Shown: positions 9,939-19,173 of the stretch, piece after piece
Layout of the letters: every line of letters begins with the position of its first letter
How positions within the stretch are numbered: position 1 is the stretch's first letter
Origin: Vicinamibacterales bacterium
GTDB lineage: Bacteria; Acidobacteriota; Vicinamibacteria; Vicinamibacterales; UBA823
Assembly (NCBI GenBank): GCA_036012125.1
Contig: DASCOS010000002.1
Coordinates: 108,327-172,326 of the forward strand
Direction: 5' to 3'
DNA: 64,000 bases
Made by a program: the position numbers and the translations under genes
Notes under the pieces: model-generated
Seen by the model: only the letters and a program-made list of their open reading frames with translations
What the model was told of the DNA's origin: nothing
Databases searched by the model: none

Positions 9939-12220
9939 CGGAGTTGTTCCTGATTACCGAAAAAGGCACCAAAAAAGTTTGAGAACGACCCAATACCGGC
10001 CAAGGTAAATGAGACGTTGATTCGGCGGTCGACAGGCATACGGCTGTGACGTCCGTAGTAGCCTCTAAGCCCTGTAAAGTTGAAGCTTTGATACTCCGCG
10101 GATATGCCACAGCATTGGGCGTTGTAGTACGCCATAAAACGCTGTTGCATAAAGCTGTTTCTTAACATGTCGTAGTTAAACGTGTAGATGCCCCCTGCAC
10201 GATTTCCACGGGAACGTATGATTGTCGATGCGTTGAGATAGTGGTTAAGTTGCGCGCGATTGTTGAACCCCTGAAGCCCCTCGATGTATCGGCGCTGGCT
10301 CCATCCGCCTGTCGTCTGGAGCCAATCGCTCACTGCCAGCGTGCCGCTTGCACTGATCTCGCGAAATGCGCCATAACGTGTGTCGTACTCTGCCCGTACC
10401 GAGGTGTTGATTTGGTCGTTTGGGCTGCTACGTACGAGCAGTGAAACGGGAGTCAATCGGCTGGGTGCTGTACCGTTAAAGCTTGTCCGAAATCTACGAT
10501 CAAATTGTGAGGCTCTGTCGTCGGTGTAAAAACTCTGAAGAAGTGAAATGCTCAACACTTCGCGAGCGTCCCCTTGGCGCCGACGGGCCAAGAATCGGTT
10601 GACGAGGCCATAGCCTAGCCGCGTCACGCTGCCCACGACCATGTCGGTTCCTTCGAGTTTGACGATTTGATTAAAGTTGTTGATCGCCGTTGCGCGCTGC
10701 ACTGTAACCGTTGGCTCAATCAAGTGTTTGAAACGCTCAGCATATCCACTGTTCGGGGTATCCCAAATTTTCATGAAGACCGGTCCAGTAATGGTTGACT
10801 GTAAGTCGAAGTACTGGCGAAAAATGCCTTCGTCGACCTGTAAACTTTGCTCTGGGTCGAATCGTTCTGTCCAGTAGGTGCCTCGCCACGCTACCGAAGT
10901 ATTCACTGTCAAGAATGGCCATTTTGTGAACGGAATCCGAATTTTCGGATTGAAATCAAGGCGGGTTAGTCCGAGGTCCTTAACCTGGTCATTGCTACGT
11001 CCCTGTCGGACTAGGGTCCCAGCCTCAGCTCCCAGTGAGAAGTAGATCGGCCAGTTTTGCGCGATTGGCCGATCAGCTCGTCTCAGCGAGAGCCTTGGCG
11101 TCGATCCGACTAGGGTTGATGCAGTGTCGCCAAAAAAGGTTTCATTCCAGTCGAACGTTCCACTCAGGGTGTAACTGCCCCAGTTACCCTGAACGTTGCC
11201 CAGGAACCGCCGCTGTCGACGGGAGGCTTCGAGCACGTTCGTATGAAAAGTTTGTTGGACAGTAACGTCTGAGAAGTAATCGACCCGTCCACGGGCACGA
11301 ATGTTAGAACCAAGCGATTGGTTAAAATCACCGGTCAGCTGAAAGCTTCGCCTTGCCGGTATGACATCATTCTCATCCTCCGAAAGGGTAATGGCAGGTT
11401 CGTTGAGGAAATAGGCCGTTAAATCACCACGAGAAGTGCCGGCTCCAACATACCGGTACTGCGCGCCTGTTCCCTGACCCGCAGTCGAGAACCAATCATG
11501 CATGATCGTCGCGTCGTTACTGCGGTTGATTGCCCAGAAGAAGGCGTTGCTCAGTGACTGTCCCCTAAACGTCGAACTACCGTACGCGGGAAGCAGGAAA
11601 CCGGTTGACCGATCGTCCTCTTGAATCGGATAGTACATCACTGGAAGGTATAAGAGCGGCACTCCTTTTACTTTGAGAACCGTGTTCTTAAGAATTGCGT
11701 AATCATCGAGGTTCACCACGGCCGAACTCGTTGTTAGCTGCCATCTGGGCGTCGGCTGTACGCAAGTCGTAAAGCCACCATCTGTGATGCGATATTTACG
11801 AGGTCCGAGCTTGTCAATTGTCTCTCCGTAAAAATACACATCAGGTTCTTGAGTACCAAAAAAGCTTCGGTCAACCTCGGCGTCTCTTAACGAAACGGTG
11901 CCGGTGGCTACAAAAAAAGTACCGGTTCGAGTTTTCATATCGAACTCGACACGATCCGCAGCGAGGCTAGTGTCGGCCGATGTATAAACGACGTTACCAC
12001 TAGCTACTAATCGCTCCGTATCAGTAAATAACTCAACCTCTTCAGCAAAGAATTTCCAGTCGTCACGCTCAATCTCCACCGCACCGATCAGGCGCACATG
12101 GTCATCACCAATTCTTTCAATGCGAAATTGTCTAGAGTTGTAACCCTCGAGTAATTGGGCTACGCCCACGAGTGGAAACATTAAGATGCAGATAAGAATG
12201 AGTTGCAGCAGGCGAGTCAT
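9935..12220 (-). CDS. lptD: LPS-assembly outer-membrane protein LptD (OstA family)
   Basis: The track ORF runs to 12331. Met-38 (ATG 12220) precedes a signal peptide (MTRLLQLILICILMFPLVGVAQ). An OstA/LptA-like N-terminal domain (LVASGNVVYTS) is followed by a large aromatic- and Gly-rich beta-barrel of about 700 aa. Confidence 0.78.
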   Translation of the reverse strand: MTRLLQLILICILMFPLVGVAQLLEGYNSRQFRIERIGDDHVRLIGAVEIERDDWKFFAEEVELFTDTERLVASGNVVYTSADTSLAADRVEFDMKTRTGTFFVATGTVSLRDAEVDRSFFGTQEPDVYFYGETIDKLGPRKYRITDGGFTTCVQPTPRWQLTTSSAVVNLDDYAILKNTVLKVKGVPLLYLPVMYYPIQEDDRSTGFLLPAYGSSTFRGQSLSNAFFWAINRSNDATIMHDWFSTAGQGTGAQYRYVGAGTSRGDLTAYFLNEPAITLSEDENDVIPARRSFQLTGDFNQSLGSNIRARGRVDYFSDVTVQQTFHTNVLEASRRQRRFLGNVQGNWGSYTLSGTFDWNETFFGDTASTLVGSTPRLSLRRADRPIAQNWPIYFSLGAEAGTLVRQGRSNDQVKDLGLTRLDFNPKIRIPFTKWPFLTVNTSVAWRGTYWTERFDPEQSLQVDEGIFRQYFDLQSTITGPVFMKIWDTPNSGYAERFKHLIEPTVTVQRATAINNFNQIVKLEGTDMVVGSVTRLGYGLVNRFLARRRQGDAREVLSISLLQSFYTDDRASQFDRRFRTSFNGTAPSRLTPVSLLVRSSPNDQINTSVRAEYDTRYGAFREISASGTLAVSDWLQTTGGWSQRRYIEGLQGFNNRAQLNHYLNASTIIRSRGNRAGGIYTFNYDMLRNSFMQQRFMAYYNAQCCGISAEYQSFNFTGLRGYYGRHSRMPVDRRINVSFTLAGIGSFSNFFGAFFGNQEQLR

Positions 12221-12314
12221 TCGCAAAGCGCAGGTGTCAAGATCGCTGCGACTCCTATTAGAAACGCGGCGCGCTGTCCGGATGCGCCGAGGACGCCACG
12301 TTACTAAAACCCCA

Positions 12315-13658
12315 TCAACCAGCATAGTCATCAGTTAGAGTGCATCGGATGTTCTCGTTGGCCTCAATGGTGCTGAGGAGGTGACCGACCAAAAAGATTG
12401 ATCCTGTTGCACAAGTGTCAGGAGCATCACTTAGGGCCAATGCCACTGCAGCCTGTGGGTCTGATTCAATGGCTACGTTCGTTTTCGGCGAACGCTCACG
12501 CACGCAGTCCGCAAGGATACTCGCGGAAATCGCGCGCTCAGTGGCCATCGTTGTACAGACAATATGACTTGCGAGCGGCGCCAGCATGTCAATGATACCC
12601 GCTATGTCCTTATCCCGCATGATGGCTAGCACGAACGACAAAGGAGCATCTCTGACTTCAGCAAGATATTCAGCTAATGCTCTGGCTGCATCGGGATTGT
12701 GAGCGGCATCGAGCAGAACACGGCCGGAAGGAACCTTGATCCATTCCAGTCGACCGTGCCAGGTTACGTTGGTAAGGCCAGAGATAATTGCTGGTGTGCT
12801 TACCTTGATTCCTTGGCACGCTAGCCCTTCAAGCAGTCTCACGGTGGTGACCGCGTTTACGGCTTGGTGTCGGCCCTGAAGGCCTAGACTGACTTGGTCG
12901 TAATGCCGCACGGGAGTTTCAAGTGACAGCCGCGTGGCATCTGGAGTGCAGTGGACACTCACGGAGATACCCTGTTGCGAGTCGATAAATCTAGCTCCCC
13001 GCTCACGACACGTTGCTGCAATGAGGTCTTGGATCTCCGGCACAGTTTGACCTAGCACGACAACGGTATTCGGTTTGATCACCCCGGCCTTTTCATATGC
13101 AATATCGGAAATCGATTTTCCAAGCTGAGCTTCATGGTCCAGGGCAATTGTTGTAATTGCAACTCCGACAGGATGGACCACATTTGTTGCGTCAAATCGA
13201 CCACCAAGACCAACTTCTAGTACCGCAAGTTCAACTTCGGCTTGCCTGAATGCGACGAAGGCCGCAGCAGTCGTGACTTCGAAGAATGTAGGCGATACTT
13301 CGAGTCGGCCCTCCCGGCGCAGCCGGTTGACCGCATGCCGGACAGTTTCAACGGCCAAGTCAAATTCTCTGGTTGTTATTGGCTTGCCCGCAATCGAAAT
13401 TCGTTCCTCCAGCCGGACTAGGTGAGGTGACGTGTAGCGCCCCGTGTGGTATCCATCAGCACGTAGGGCAGCTTCAGTCATCGCTGCGACTGAACCTTTT
13501 CCGTTGGTGCCCCCAATCACGAGTGATTTGAATGTTCGTTCGGGGTGTGCGAGTGCCTCGCACAGTAGGTTCATGTTGTCCAAACCCAGCTTGATACCGA
13601 ACTTCTCGAGGTCACGTAGGTAGGAACTCACGTCCGCTGAGGGTGTGAGATTGACCAT
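12315..13658 (-). CDS. folC: Bifunctional folylpolyglutamate synthase / dihydrofolate synthase
   Basis: 447 aa. Mur-ligase P-loop GGTNGKGS, plus YTSPHL and LDAAHNP motifs. It sits downstream of accD, as in the classical accD-folC pair. Confidence 0.9.
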   Translation of the reverse strand: MVNLTPSADVSSYLRDLEKFGIKLGLDNMNLLCEALAHPERTFKSLVIGGTNGKGSVAAMTEAALRADGYHTGRYTSPHLVRLEERISIAGKPITTREFDLAVETVRHAVNRLRREGRLEVSPTFFEVTTAAAFVAFRQAEVELAVLEVGLGGRFDATNVVHPVGVAITTIALDHEAQLGKSISDIAYEKAGVIKPNTVVVLGQTVPEIQDLIAATCRERGARFIDSQQGISVSVHCTPDATRLSLETPVRHYDQVSLGLQGRHQAVNAVTTVRLLEGLACQGIKVSTPAIISGLTNVTWHGRLEWIKVPSGRVLLDAAHNPDAARALAEYLAEVRDAPLSFVLAIMRDKDIAGIIDMLAPLASHIVCTTMATERAISASILADCVRERSPKTNVAIESDPQAAVALALSDAPDTCATGSIFLVGHLLSTIEANENIRCTLTDDYAG

Positions 13659-13683
13659 TTCAGGGTGTGGGTTCTGAGAAAGT

Positions 13684-14694
13684 TCAGGGCTTCTTGGTTG
13701 CGTTGGGCCTATCCGTGCCTGAATCTGTTTCCTTACGTGGACCCGACACTGATAACTCAGCCGGTCCGGTATCAGGCCCTGTATCGACTGATTCGTCTAG
13801 GCCTTTCTCGACTGCCGTTGTTTCTTGAGAGGTGGTATCCACCACAGTGCGGTTTGCACCCATAAACCTCAATGCTCTCGACAGCGTTTTCTTGAGTTCC
13901 CGACGGTCCACGACAGCGTCAAGCATGCCGTGTTCTTGAAGGAACTCACTACGCTGAAATCCCTCAGGTAATTTCTGACGGATTGTTTGTTCGATTACTC
14001 TTGGGCCAGCGAAGCCAATTAACGCCTTCGGCTCGGCAATGTTGAGGTCGCCCAACATCGCAAAGCTGGCTGTGACTCCGCCCGTGGTGGGGTCGGTAAG
14101 GACCGAAATGTAGGGGAGCCGTGCCCGGTCTAATCGGGCCAAGGCTGCGCTGATCTTGGCCATCTGCATCAGAGACAGTGTTCCTTCCATCATACGGGCA
14201 CCACCGGAGCATGACACGATGACGATAGGCAACAGATTGTTAAGAGCTCGCTCGATGGCGCGAGTAATTTTCTCACCCATAACGATGCCCATGCTGCCAC
14301 CGATGAACCCGTATTCCATCGCCGCAATGACGGCGGGGTAGCCGTCGACCTGCCCGGAAGCAACGATGATCGCATCCCTGAGTCCAGTTGATGCCATCCC
14401 TGCTTCCAGCCGTGCCCCGTACGGTTTCGTGTCTTCGAACTTGAGTGGATCAGTTGAAGCGAGTGATTTGTCGTGTTCAACCCACCCATCGTCAAACAAC
14501 GACTCGAGACGATCGACTGCGCTTAATCTGAAATGAAAACCACACTTCGCACAAACACTCAGATTGGCGACTAGGTTCTTCTTATAAAGGATTTGCGCAC
14601 AAGCAGGGCACTTAGCCCAGAGCCCTTCTGGGACGCGACTCGCGCGCCCTACTCTTGACTCGATCGGTTTCCGACGTCGCTTGAACCACGGCAT
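13684..14694 (-). CDS. accD: Acetyl-CoA carboxylase carboxyltransferase beta subunit
   Basis: 336 aa. N-terminal zinc ribbon CPACAQ...CAKCGFH, then the carboxyltransferase core (GGSMG, SGGARMMEG). It has a low-complexity Thr/Pro/Asp-rich C-terminal tail. Confidence 0.95.
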   Translation of the reverse strand: MPWFKRRRKPIESRVGRASRVPEGLWAKCPACAQILYKKNLVANLSVCAKCGFHFRLSAVDRLESLFDDGWVEHDKSLASTDPLKFEDTKPYGARLEAGMASTGLRDAIIVASGQVDGYPAVIAAMEYGFIGGSMGIVMGEKITRAIERALNNLLPIVIVSCSGGARMMEGTLSLMQMAKISAALARLDRARLPYISVLTDPTTGGVTASFAMLGDLNIAEPKALIGFAGPRVIEQTIRQKLPEGFQRSEFLQEHGMLDAVVDRRELKKTLSRALRFMGANRTVVDTTSQETTAVEKGLDESVDTGPDTGPAELSVSGPRKETDSGTDRPNATKKP

Positions 14695-14779
14695 GGAGTT
14701 TTGAGCTTAGGAGGTGCTATGGGTAGAGGTCAAGGTCAGGGGCTTCCAGTGTTGGGCGCTCTAATCACGAAAATACGAC

Positions 14780-15472
14780 TCACCCTCCCGTCCGCGGCAC
14801 GTAATACCTGGTTCCCAGCCCCATGTCGCGAAGTTGCCGTGAGAGATCTTCTAGGGCAGCGTCATTCCAGGATATGTCGAACTGTGAAGTCTCTACAACT
14901 AGCAGCGGAGTGGCGGTGTAGTGAAAAAAATATTTGTTATACGCTTCGTTGAGCTCCTGAACGTAGCGCGCATCGGGTAACGGCCGCCTGGGATCTCTCT
15001 TAGCCCTTTCTTTCAGCCGTCGATTTAGCACTTTCGAGGGCGATTGGAGATAGATGACGAGGTCAGGTGTGACCACGTCCTGGACCAGCAGATCGAATAG
15101 ACGTTGGTAAATGGAGAGCTCGTTGTCGTCAAGATTTAGATAGGCGTAGATTTTGTCTTTGGTAAACAAGTAATCGCTGATGGTTGATTGATTAAACAGG
15201 TCAGGCTGTTGTAGTTGCTTTTGCTGCCGGTGACGTGCGAGAAGCGAAAATAGTTGGGCCTGAAACGCAGCACCTGGGCGGGCAGCATAAAAATCGGCAA
15301 GGAAAGGGTTCTCAGTTACGTCCTGTATCGGGGCCGCATCGAGTCGCACCGCGAGTCGCTCGGCGAGCCGTGACTTACCGGCTCCCAACGGGCCTTCAAT
15401 GGCAATGTGACGGAAATCCAATCTGCTGTTCAGTATAGCAGCGATTTCAGGTTGAATGAGGACGTAGGCCAT
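14780..15472 (-). CDS. Deoxynucleoside kinase family protein
   Basis: 230 aa. P-loop IAIEGPLGAGKS and ENPFLADFY, with dNK-type spacing (DYLF.KD; LQSP...RRL..R). Confidence 0.8.
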   Translation of the reverse strand: MAYVLIQPEIAAILNSRLDFRHIAIEGPLGAGKSRLAERLAVRLDAAPIQDVTENPFLADFYAARPGAAFQAQLFSLLARHRQQKQLQQPDLFNQSTISDYLFTKDKIYAYLNLDDNELSIYQRLFDLLVQDVVTPDLVIYLQSPSKVLNRRLKERAKRDPRRPLPDARYVQELNEAYNKYFFHYTATPLLVVETSQFDISWNDAALEDLSRQLRDMGLGTRYYVPRTGG

Positions 15473-15588
15473 GGAATAGGCAGCTCTGTACGCATGGTAA
15501 GATCCCTTGTTCGAGGGGTTGCGAACGCGGCGCGCATTCGCAATCGACTGGCACGGGTTCCCGATCTTTTGAGTCCAACTGACGCACG

Positions 15589-16713
15589 GTGAATAATACT
15601 TTTATGAGAATTAACCGGATCGAATTGCGGCTGGTCCGACTGCCGCTCGTCCAGTTCTTTGAAACTAGTTTCGGAAGAATTCATGACCGAGAGTTCATCG
15701 TTGTAATGGTGGACGGTGACGGCCAGCGTGGTTACGGTGAGTGTGTTGCCGATCGTGATCCGTTCTATAGCTCTGAGACATCCAAAACCGCTTGGCATAT
15801 CCTGACGGACTATCTCGTACCACTTGGACTAGGTGTTGAGTTTTCGCATCCGCGTGACGTTTTTCCAGCTTTTGCTCAAGTGCGAGGACACAACATGGCC
15901 AAGGCTGCACTTGAAATGGCTGCCTGGGACCTTTATGCTCGCCAGTCCAGCCTGCCGTTGTCCCAGGTGCTTGGTGGTTCTCGCACCACGATTGCGTCAG
16001 GTGTTTCAATAGGGATCCAAGATTCGCTCGAACAACTTGGCGACAAGGTTGCTGCGGAATTGGCAGCCGGGTACAAGCGCATCAAGATGAAGATCAAGCC
16101 AGGCTGGGATATTGAGGCCGTCGCCTCAGTCCGCCAGCGCTTTGGCGGAATTCCACTTATGGTTGACGCAAACGCTGCTTACACGCTAGCGGATGCTGAG
16201 CACTTAGCGATTTTGGACCAGTATGACCTAATGATGATCGAACAACCTCTACATTACGACGACGTTCATGATCACGCTCAATTACAAAGGCGACTCCGCA
16301 CCCCAATCTGCCTCGATGAATCGATTCACACGCTGCACAACGCTACGGAAGCGCTCACAGTGGGAGCGTGCCGTATCATCAACATTAAACCGGGTCGCAT
16401 TGGCGGCCATGCGCAGTCGATCCATCTTCACGACTTGTGTGCTGAGCACGGGGTTCCGGTGTGGCATGGTGGGATGCTTGAGAGCGGGATCGGACGGATG
16501 CACAACATCCATCTTTCAACGCTGCAGAACTTCACGCTCCCGGGCGATGTGTCGGCGAGTTGTCGCTATTTTGAACCAGATTTGATTGAACCTCCGGTCG
16601 AATTACAGAGCGACGGAACTATCAGTGTGCCCACGTTGCCTGGTCTGGGAGTGACGGTTGTCGAGGAACGAATTGACCGCGCGACTGAACGTGCGGTGAC
16701 TCTGGGCCCGTAG
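15589..16713 (+). CDS. menC: o-Succinylbenzoate synthase / N-succinylamino-acid racemase family (enolase superfamily)
   Basis: 374 aa. Motifs KMKIKPGWD, VDANAAY, IEQPL and LDES give the K-x-K and D-E-D ligand pattern of the OSBS/NAAAR subgroup. No other men genes are nearby, so the physiological role is open. Confidence 0.75.
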   Translation: MNNTFMRINRIELRLVRLPLVQFFETSFGRIHDREFIVVMVDGDGQRGYGECVADRDPFYSSETSKTAWHILTDYLVPLGLGVEFSHPRDVFPAFAQVRGHNMAKAALEMAAWDLYARQSSLPLSQVLGGSRTTIASGVSIGIQDSLEQLGDKVAAELAAGYKRIKMKIKPGWDIEAVASVRQRFGGIPLMVDANAAYTLADAEHLAILDQYDLMMIEQPLHYDDVHDHAQLQRRLRTPICLDESIHTLHNATEALTVGACRIINIKPGRIGGHAQSIHLHDLCAEHGVPVWHGGMLESGIGRMHNIHLSTLQNFTLPGDVSASCRYFEPDLIEPPVELQSDGTISVPTLPGLGVTVVEERIDRATERAVTLGP

Positions 16714-16714
16714 C

Positions 16715-18871
16715 ATGACCCCGCCTCTAGAAGGAGCGCAAGGGTTGCAAGGAAAACGTGCGACCGGCTCCATATTGCACTGGGGGGGAACGGGAATAGC
16801 GCTCTCACTGCTTATGGCCGGTTGCGCAACAGCGCCGCCGACGGTTGCTCCGGCCTTGACGACCAGACAGAAGCTCGCCGTCATTCTCCAATTGGAGCAT
16901 CAACGTGTGATCGTTCCGCCTGAGGGTGCTGTGGTGCCGCTGCCTGGCTTGATGCCTGGCACGCCTCTTCCTCGGACACCCAGCTTATTCGAGTTTCTGG
17001 AAGACCCTGTGGCCAGAGTAAGACGTCGATCTGCGATCGCACTCGGAAGGGTCGGCTTATCCGATGCAGTGGAGCCACTTAGTGCATCTCTTGCTGATTC
17101 GAACCCCGCCGTGCGTCAGATGGCCGCGTTCTCTCTTGGTTTGATCGGGGAGCCGGAAGTCGCTGATGTACTCATGACCGCGCTCAGCGACCCGGATCCA
17201 CTGGTGCGTGGTCGGGCAGCGGAGGCGCTAAGTCGGCTCGGGGTGCGTGAGGCAGCGCCAGCCGTCGGACAGATGGTCTCAGAGGTTGCTTCCATAGCTG
17301 CTCAAGTAGATCCCGATGACATGACCTATCCCCAGCCCCCTCCTGTCGAAGCCTTCCGTCTTGGGGTGATTGCACTTACGCGTCTTGAGGCGTATCAGTC
17401 GCTGTCGACGGCGCTACTTGATACTAATAATCTTTCAATAGTGCGTTGGTGGCCGGTGGCCTGGGCGTTCCAGCAACTTGCTGACCCAAGGGCAGCCGGA
17501 GCACTCACGGAGCTAATCGGAGGATCCGGCAGTTATCGAATTTCGTTTGCTGCCAGAGGTCTGGGACGTCTCGGCGATCCCACAATGGCTGAATTATTGG
17601 TTCCACTTCTTGATCCGCGCCGATACGACTCCCAGGTCATCGTGTCTGCAGTTCGGGCCTTGGCTGATTTGGGTGCCCGGGAGAACATCCCGACATTGAT
17701 GCGCCTACTACAGGAACCAGATCTCGATTTCGCGATACTCATCGAAGTATTGAAGGCGCTCGGGCGAGTGGGTGGAGCTGAGTCGACGGACCTGTTTCTA
17801 GATCTGCTGTCACATCCGCGGTCAGCGATTAGGGTGGAAGCGCTTCGAGGACTGGCGAATTTCGATTCTCAAACATTTGTTCTTATGCTGTCAGGATTCG
17901 ACGGTGATCCGCATTGGAGTGTCCGCGCGGCCCTCGCGGACATCCTTGGTTCAATGAATTCTGATCTGGCCATGGCGCGTCTTGAGGCGATGCTGGACGA
18001 CCCCGACCGCCGGGTGTTGCCATTCGTGCTCAGAGGCCTGGATGCATCTAGAGCTACCGAGGTCGCGCTTCAATATTTGGCAAGTGACGATGTTGTGATG
18101 GGAAGGGTTGCGGCACAGCAACTCGGTGTGCATACATCGGCTGAAGGAGCCTTGGCTTTGAAGCGGGCCTATGAGATGAGCCAAGGAGGAGAGAGGGCAG
18201 TCTTACGGCGTGCCATCGTTGAGGCGATTGTGACCTACGGGGGCAGTGTTTCTGCGGAGTTAATGCACGAAGCGCTGAAAGATTCGGATTGGTCTGTGCG
18301 AACTCGTGCGGCGCAAGTGTTGGACGCCGAGGAGGTCACCAAACCATACGAGGGCAGAATCCGTCCGTTGCCAGCACCCGGCTTTGAAGAGGCTCTGACG
18401 CTGGCCGTTCCTACAGTGTCTCCGCAGGTCTACCTTGAAACGGACGCGGGAACGATTCAGATTGAATTATTAGTACTTGATGCCCCTCTATCGAGCAGTC
18501 GTTTCGCGGAGTTGGCTGGGAACGGGTATTTCCACGGAGTGCCGTTTCACGATGTAGTCGCAAATGGTCTGGTGAGGGGTGGAGACCCACGTGGCGACGG
18601 ATTTGGAGGTACGGGTGTTACCTTGCGAGATGAGTTGAGTGAACGACCGATACTTCGTGGAACCGTAGGTTTAACGCTGCAAGGGGAAGAGCCAGAAACC
18701 GCAGAGGGGCAGTTCTTCATTGCACTCACACCTCAGCCTGAGCTCGATGGGCATTACACGGTCATCGGACGCGTTGTAGACGGAATGGCGGTCGTCGACG
18801 GTCTGACTCAATGGGACGTTATCCGGCGAACCCGTGTGTGGGATGGAGTCTCGATGACAGGACTAGAGTGA
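16715..18871 (+). CDS. Lipoprotein with multiple HEAT-like repeats fused to a C-terminal cyclophilin-type peptidyl-prolyl isomerase domain
   Basis: 718 aa. Lipobox LLMAGC. Repeated D/NP.VR..AA.ALG.LG units match PBS-lyase-type HEAT repeats. The last about 170 aa carry cyclophilin motifs (FHGVPFHDVV, GGDPRGDGFGG, QFFIAL...LDGHYTVIGRVVDGM). The ATG lies 1 nt after the menC-like stop. Confidence 0.8.
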   Translation: MTPPLEGAQGLQGKRATGSILHWGGTGIALSLLMAGCATAPPTVAPALTTRQKLAVILQLEHQRVIVPPEGAVVPLPGLMPGTPLPRTPSLFEFLEDPVARVRRRSAIALGRVGLSDAVEPLSASLADSNPAVRQMAAFSLGLIGEPEVADVLMTALSDPDPLVRGRAAEALSRLGVREAAPAVGQMVSEVASIAAQVDPDDMTYPQPPPVEAFRLGVIALTRLEAYQSLSTALLDTNNLSIVRWWPVAWAFQQLADPRAAGALTELIGGSGSYRISFAARGLGRLGDPTMAELLVPLLDPRRYDSQVIVSAVRALADLGARENIPTLMRLLQEPDLDFAILIEVLKALGRVGGAESTDLFLDLLSHPRSAIRVEALRGLANFDSQTFVLMLSGFDGDPHWSVRAALADILGSMNSDLAMARLEAMLDDPDRRVLPFVLRGLDASRATEVALQYLASDDVVMGRVAAQQLGVHTSAEGALALKRAYEMSQGGERAVLRRAIVEAIVTYGGSVSAELMHEALKDSDWSVRTRAAQVLDAEEVTKPYEGRIRPLPAPGFEEALTLAVPTVSPQVYLETDAGTIQIELLVLDAPLSSSRFAELAGNGYFHGVPFHDVVANGLVRGGDPRGDGFGGTGVTLRDELSERPILRGTVGLTLQGEEPETAEGQFFIALTPQPELDGHYTVIGRVVDGMAVVDGLTQWDVIRRTRVWDGVSMTGLE

Positions 18872-18893
18872 CGCCGAAAGCATTGTGCAGTTG

Positions 18894-18923
18894 AAAAAAG
18901 GGGGCGACGATCGCCCCCTTTTT
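18894..18923. terminator. Bidirectional intrinsic terminator
   Basis: AAAAAA-GGGGGCGA-cga-TCGCCCCC-TTTTT forms a perfect 8-bp GC stem flanked by an A-tract and a T-tract. It sits between the convergent HEAT-cyclophilin gene and mini-ORF 1. Confidence 0.75.
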
Positions 18924-18943
18924 CGTTACGCGGGAAGGCACTC

Positions 18944-19012
18944 TTAACGCTTCTTTGCGCCCTTCTTCTTAGCCGCCTTCTTCTTCTTCTTAGCTGCTTT
19001 TCTCTTTGCCAT
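18944..19012 (-). CDS. Mini-ORF 1: 22-aa poly-lysine peptide MAKRKAAKKKKKAAKKKGAKKR
   Basis: ATG 19012 to TAA 18944. A G-rich SD-like run (GAAGGGGGGGAA) lies upstream and the 18894-18923 terminator follows. It is a paralogue of mini-ORF 2, and the differences between them are mostly synonymous. Not in the ORF track because it is too short. Confidence 0.5.
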   Translation of the reverse strand: MAKRKAAKKKKKAAKKKGAKKR

Positions 19013-19052
19013 TGTCGCCTATTCCCCCCCTTCATCCGGAGATTTCGACGTG

Positions 19053-19091
19053 CACAAAAATTTAGGGGGTGTCGATGTTGTTGACACCCCC
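19053..19091 (-). terminator. Intrinsic terminator or attenuator between the two mini-ORFs
   Basis: On the minus strand the sequence reads GGGGGTGTC-aacaacatc-GACACCCCC followed by TAAATTTTT. It begins 20 nt after the stop of mini-ORF 2. Confidence 0.55.
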
Positions 19092-19110
19092 ATACAGATT
19101 GTCGAAAGAA

Positions 19111-19173
19111 TCAGCGCTTCTTCGCGCCCTTCTTCTTAGCCGCCTTCTTCTTTTTTGCCTTCTTTTTCGCCAT
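19111..19173 (-). CDS. Mini-ORF 2: 20-aa poly-lysine peptide MAKKKAKKKKAAKKKGAKKR
   Basis: ATG 19173 to TGA 19111. AGGGGA lies 5 nt upstream of the ATG and the gene is followed by its own hairpin and U-tract. An AT-rich region lies upstream, with TTGACA-type -35 candidates. Confidence 0.5.
   Translation of the reverse strand: MAKKKAKKKKAAKKKGAKKR

Noticed and set aside
12221-12331. A 37-codon N-terminal extension of the lptD ORF that overlaps folC
   Set aside because: The extension is Arg-rich and not signal-like. Met-38 is followed by a typical signal peptide, so the shorter form is more plausible.
18808-19035. A 75-aa Arg-rich ORF from the track (MKGGNRRQWQREKQLRRRRRRLRRR...)
   Set aside because: It is an alternate frame of the same AAG-rich DNA as mini-ORF 1. 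It runs through the strong bidirectional terminator and into the 3' end of the convergent HEAT-cyclophilin gene. The differences between the two copies are synonymous only in the MAKK... frame.
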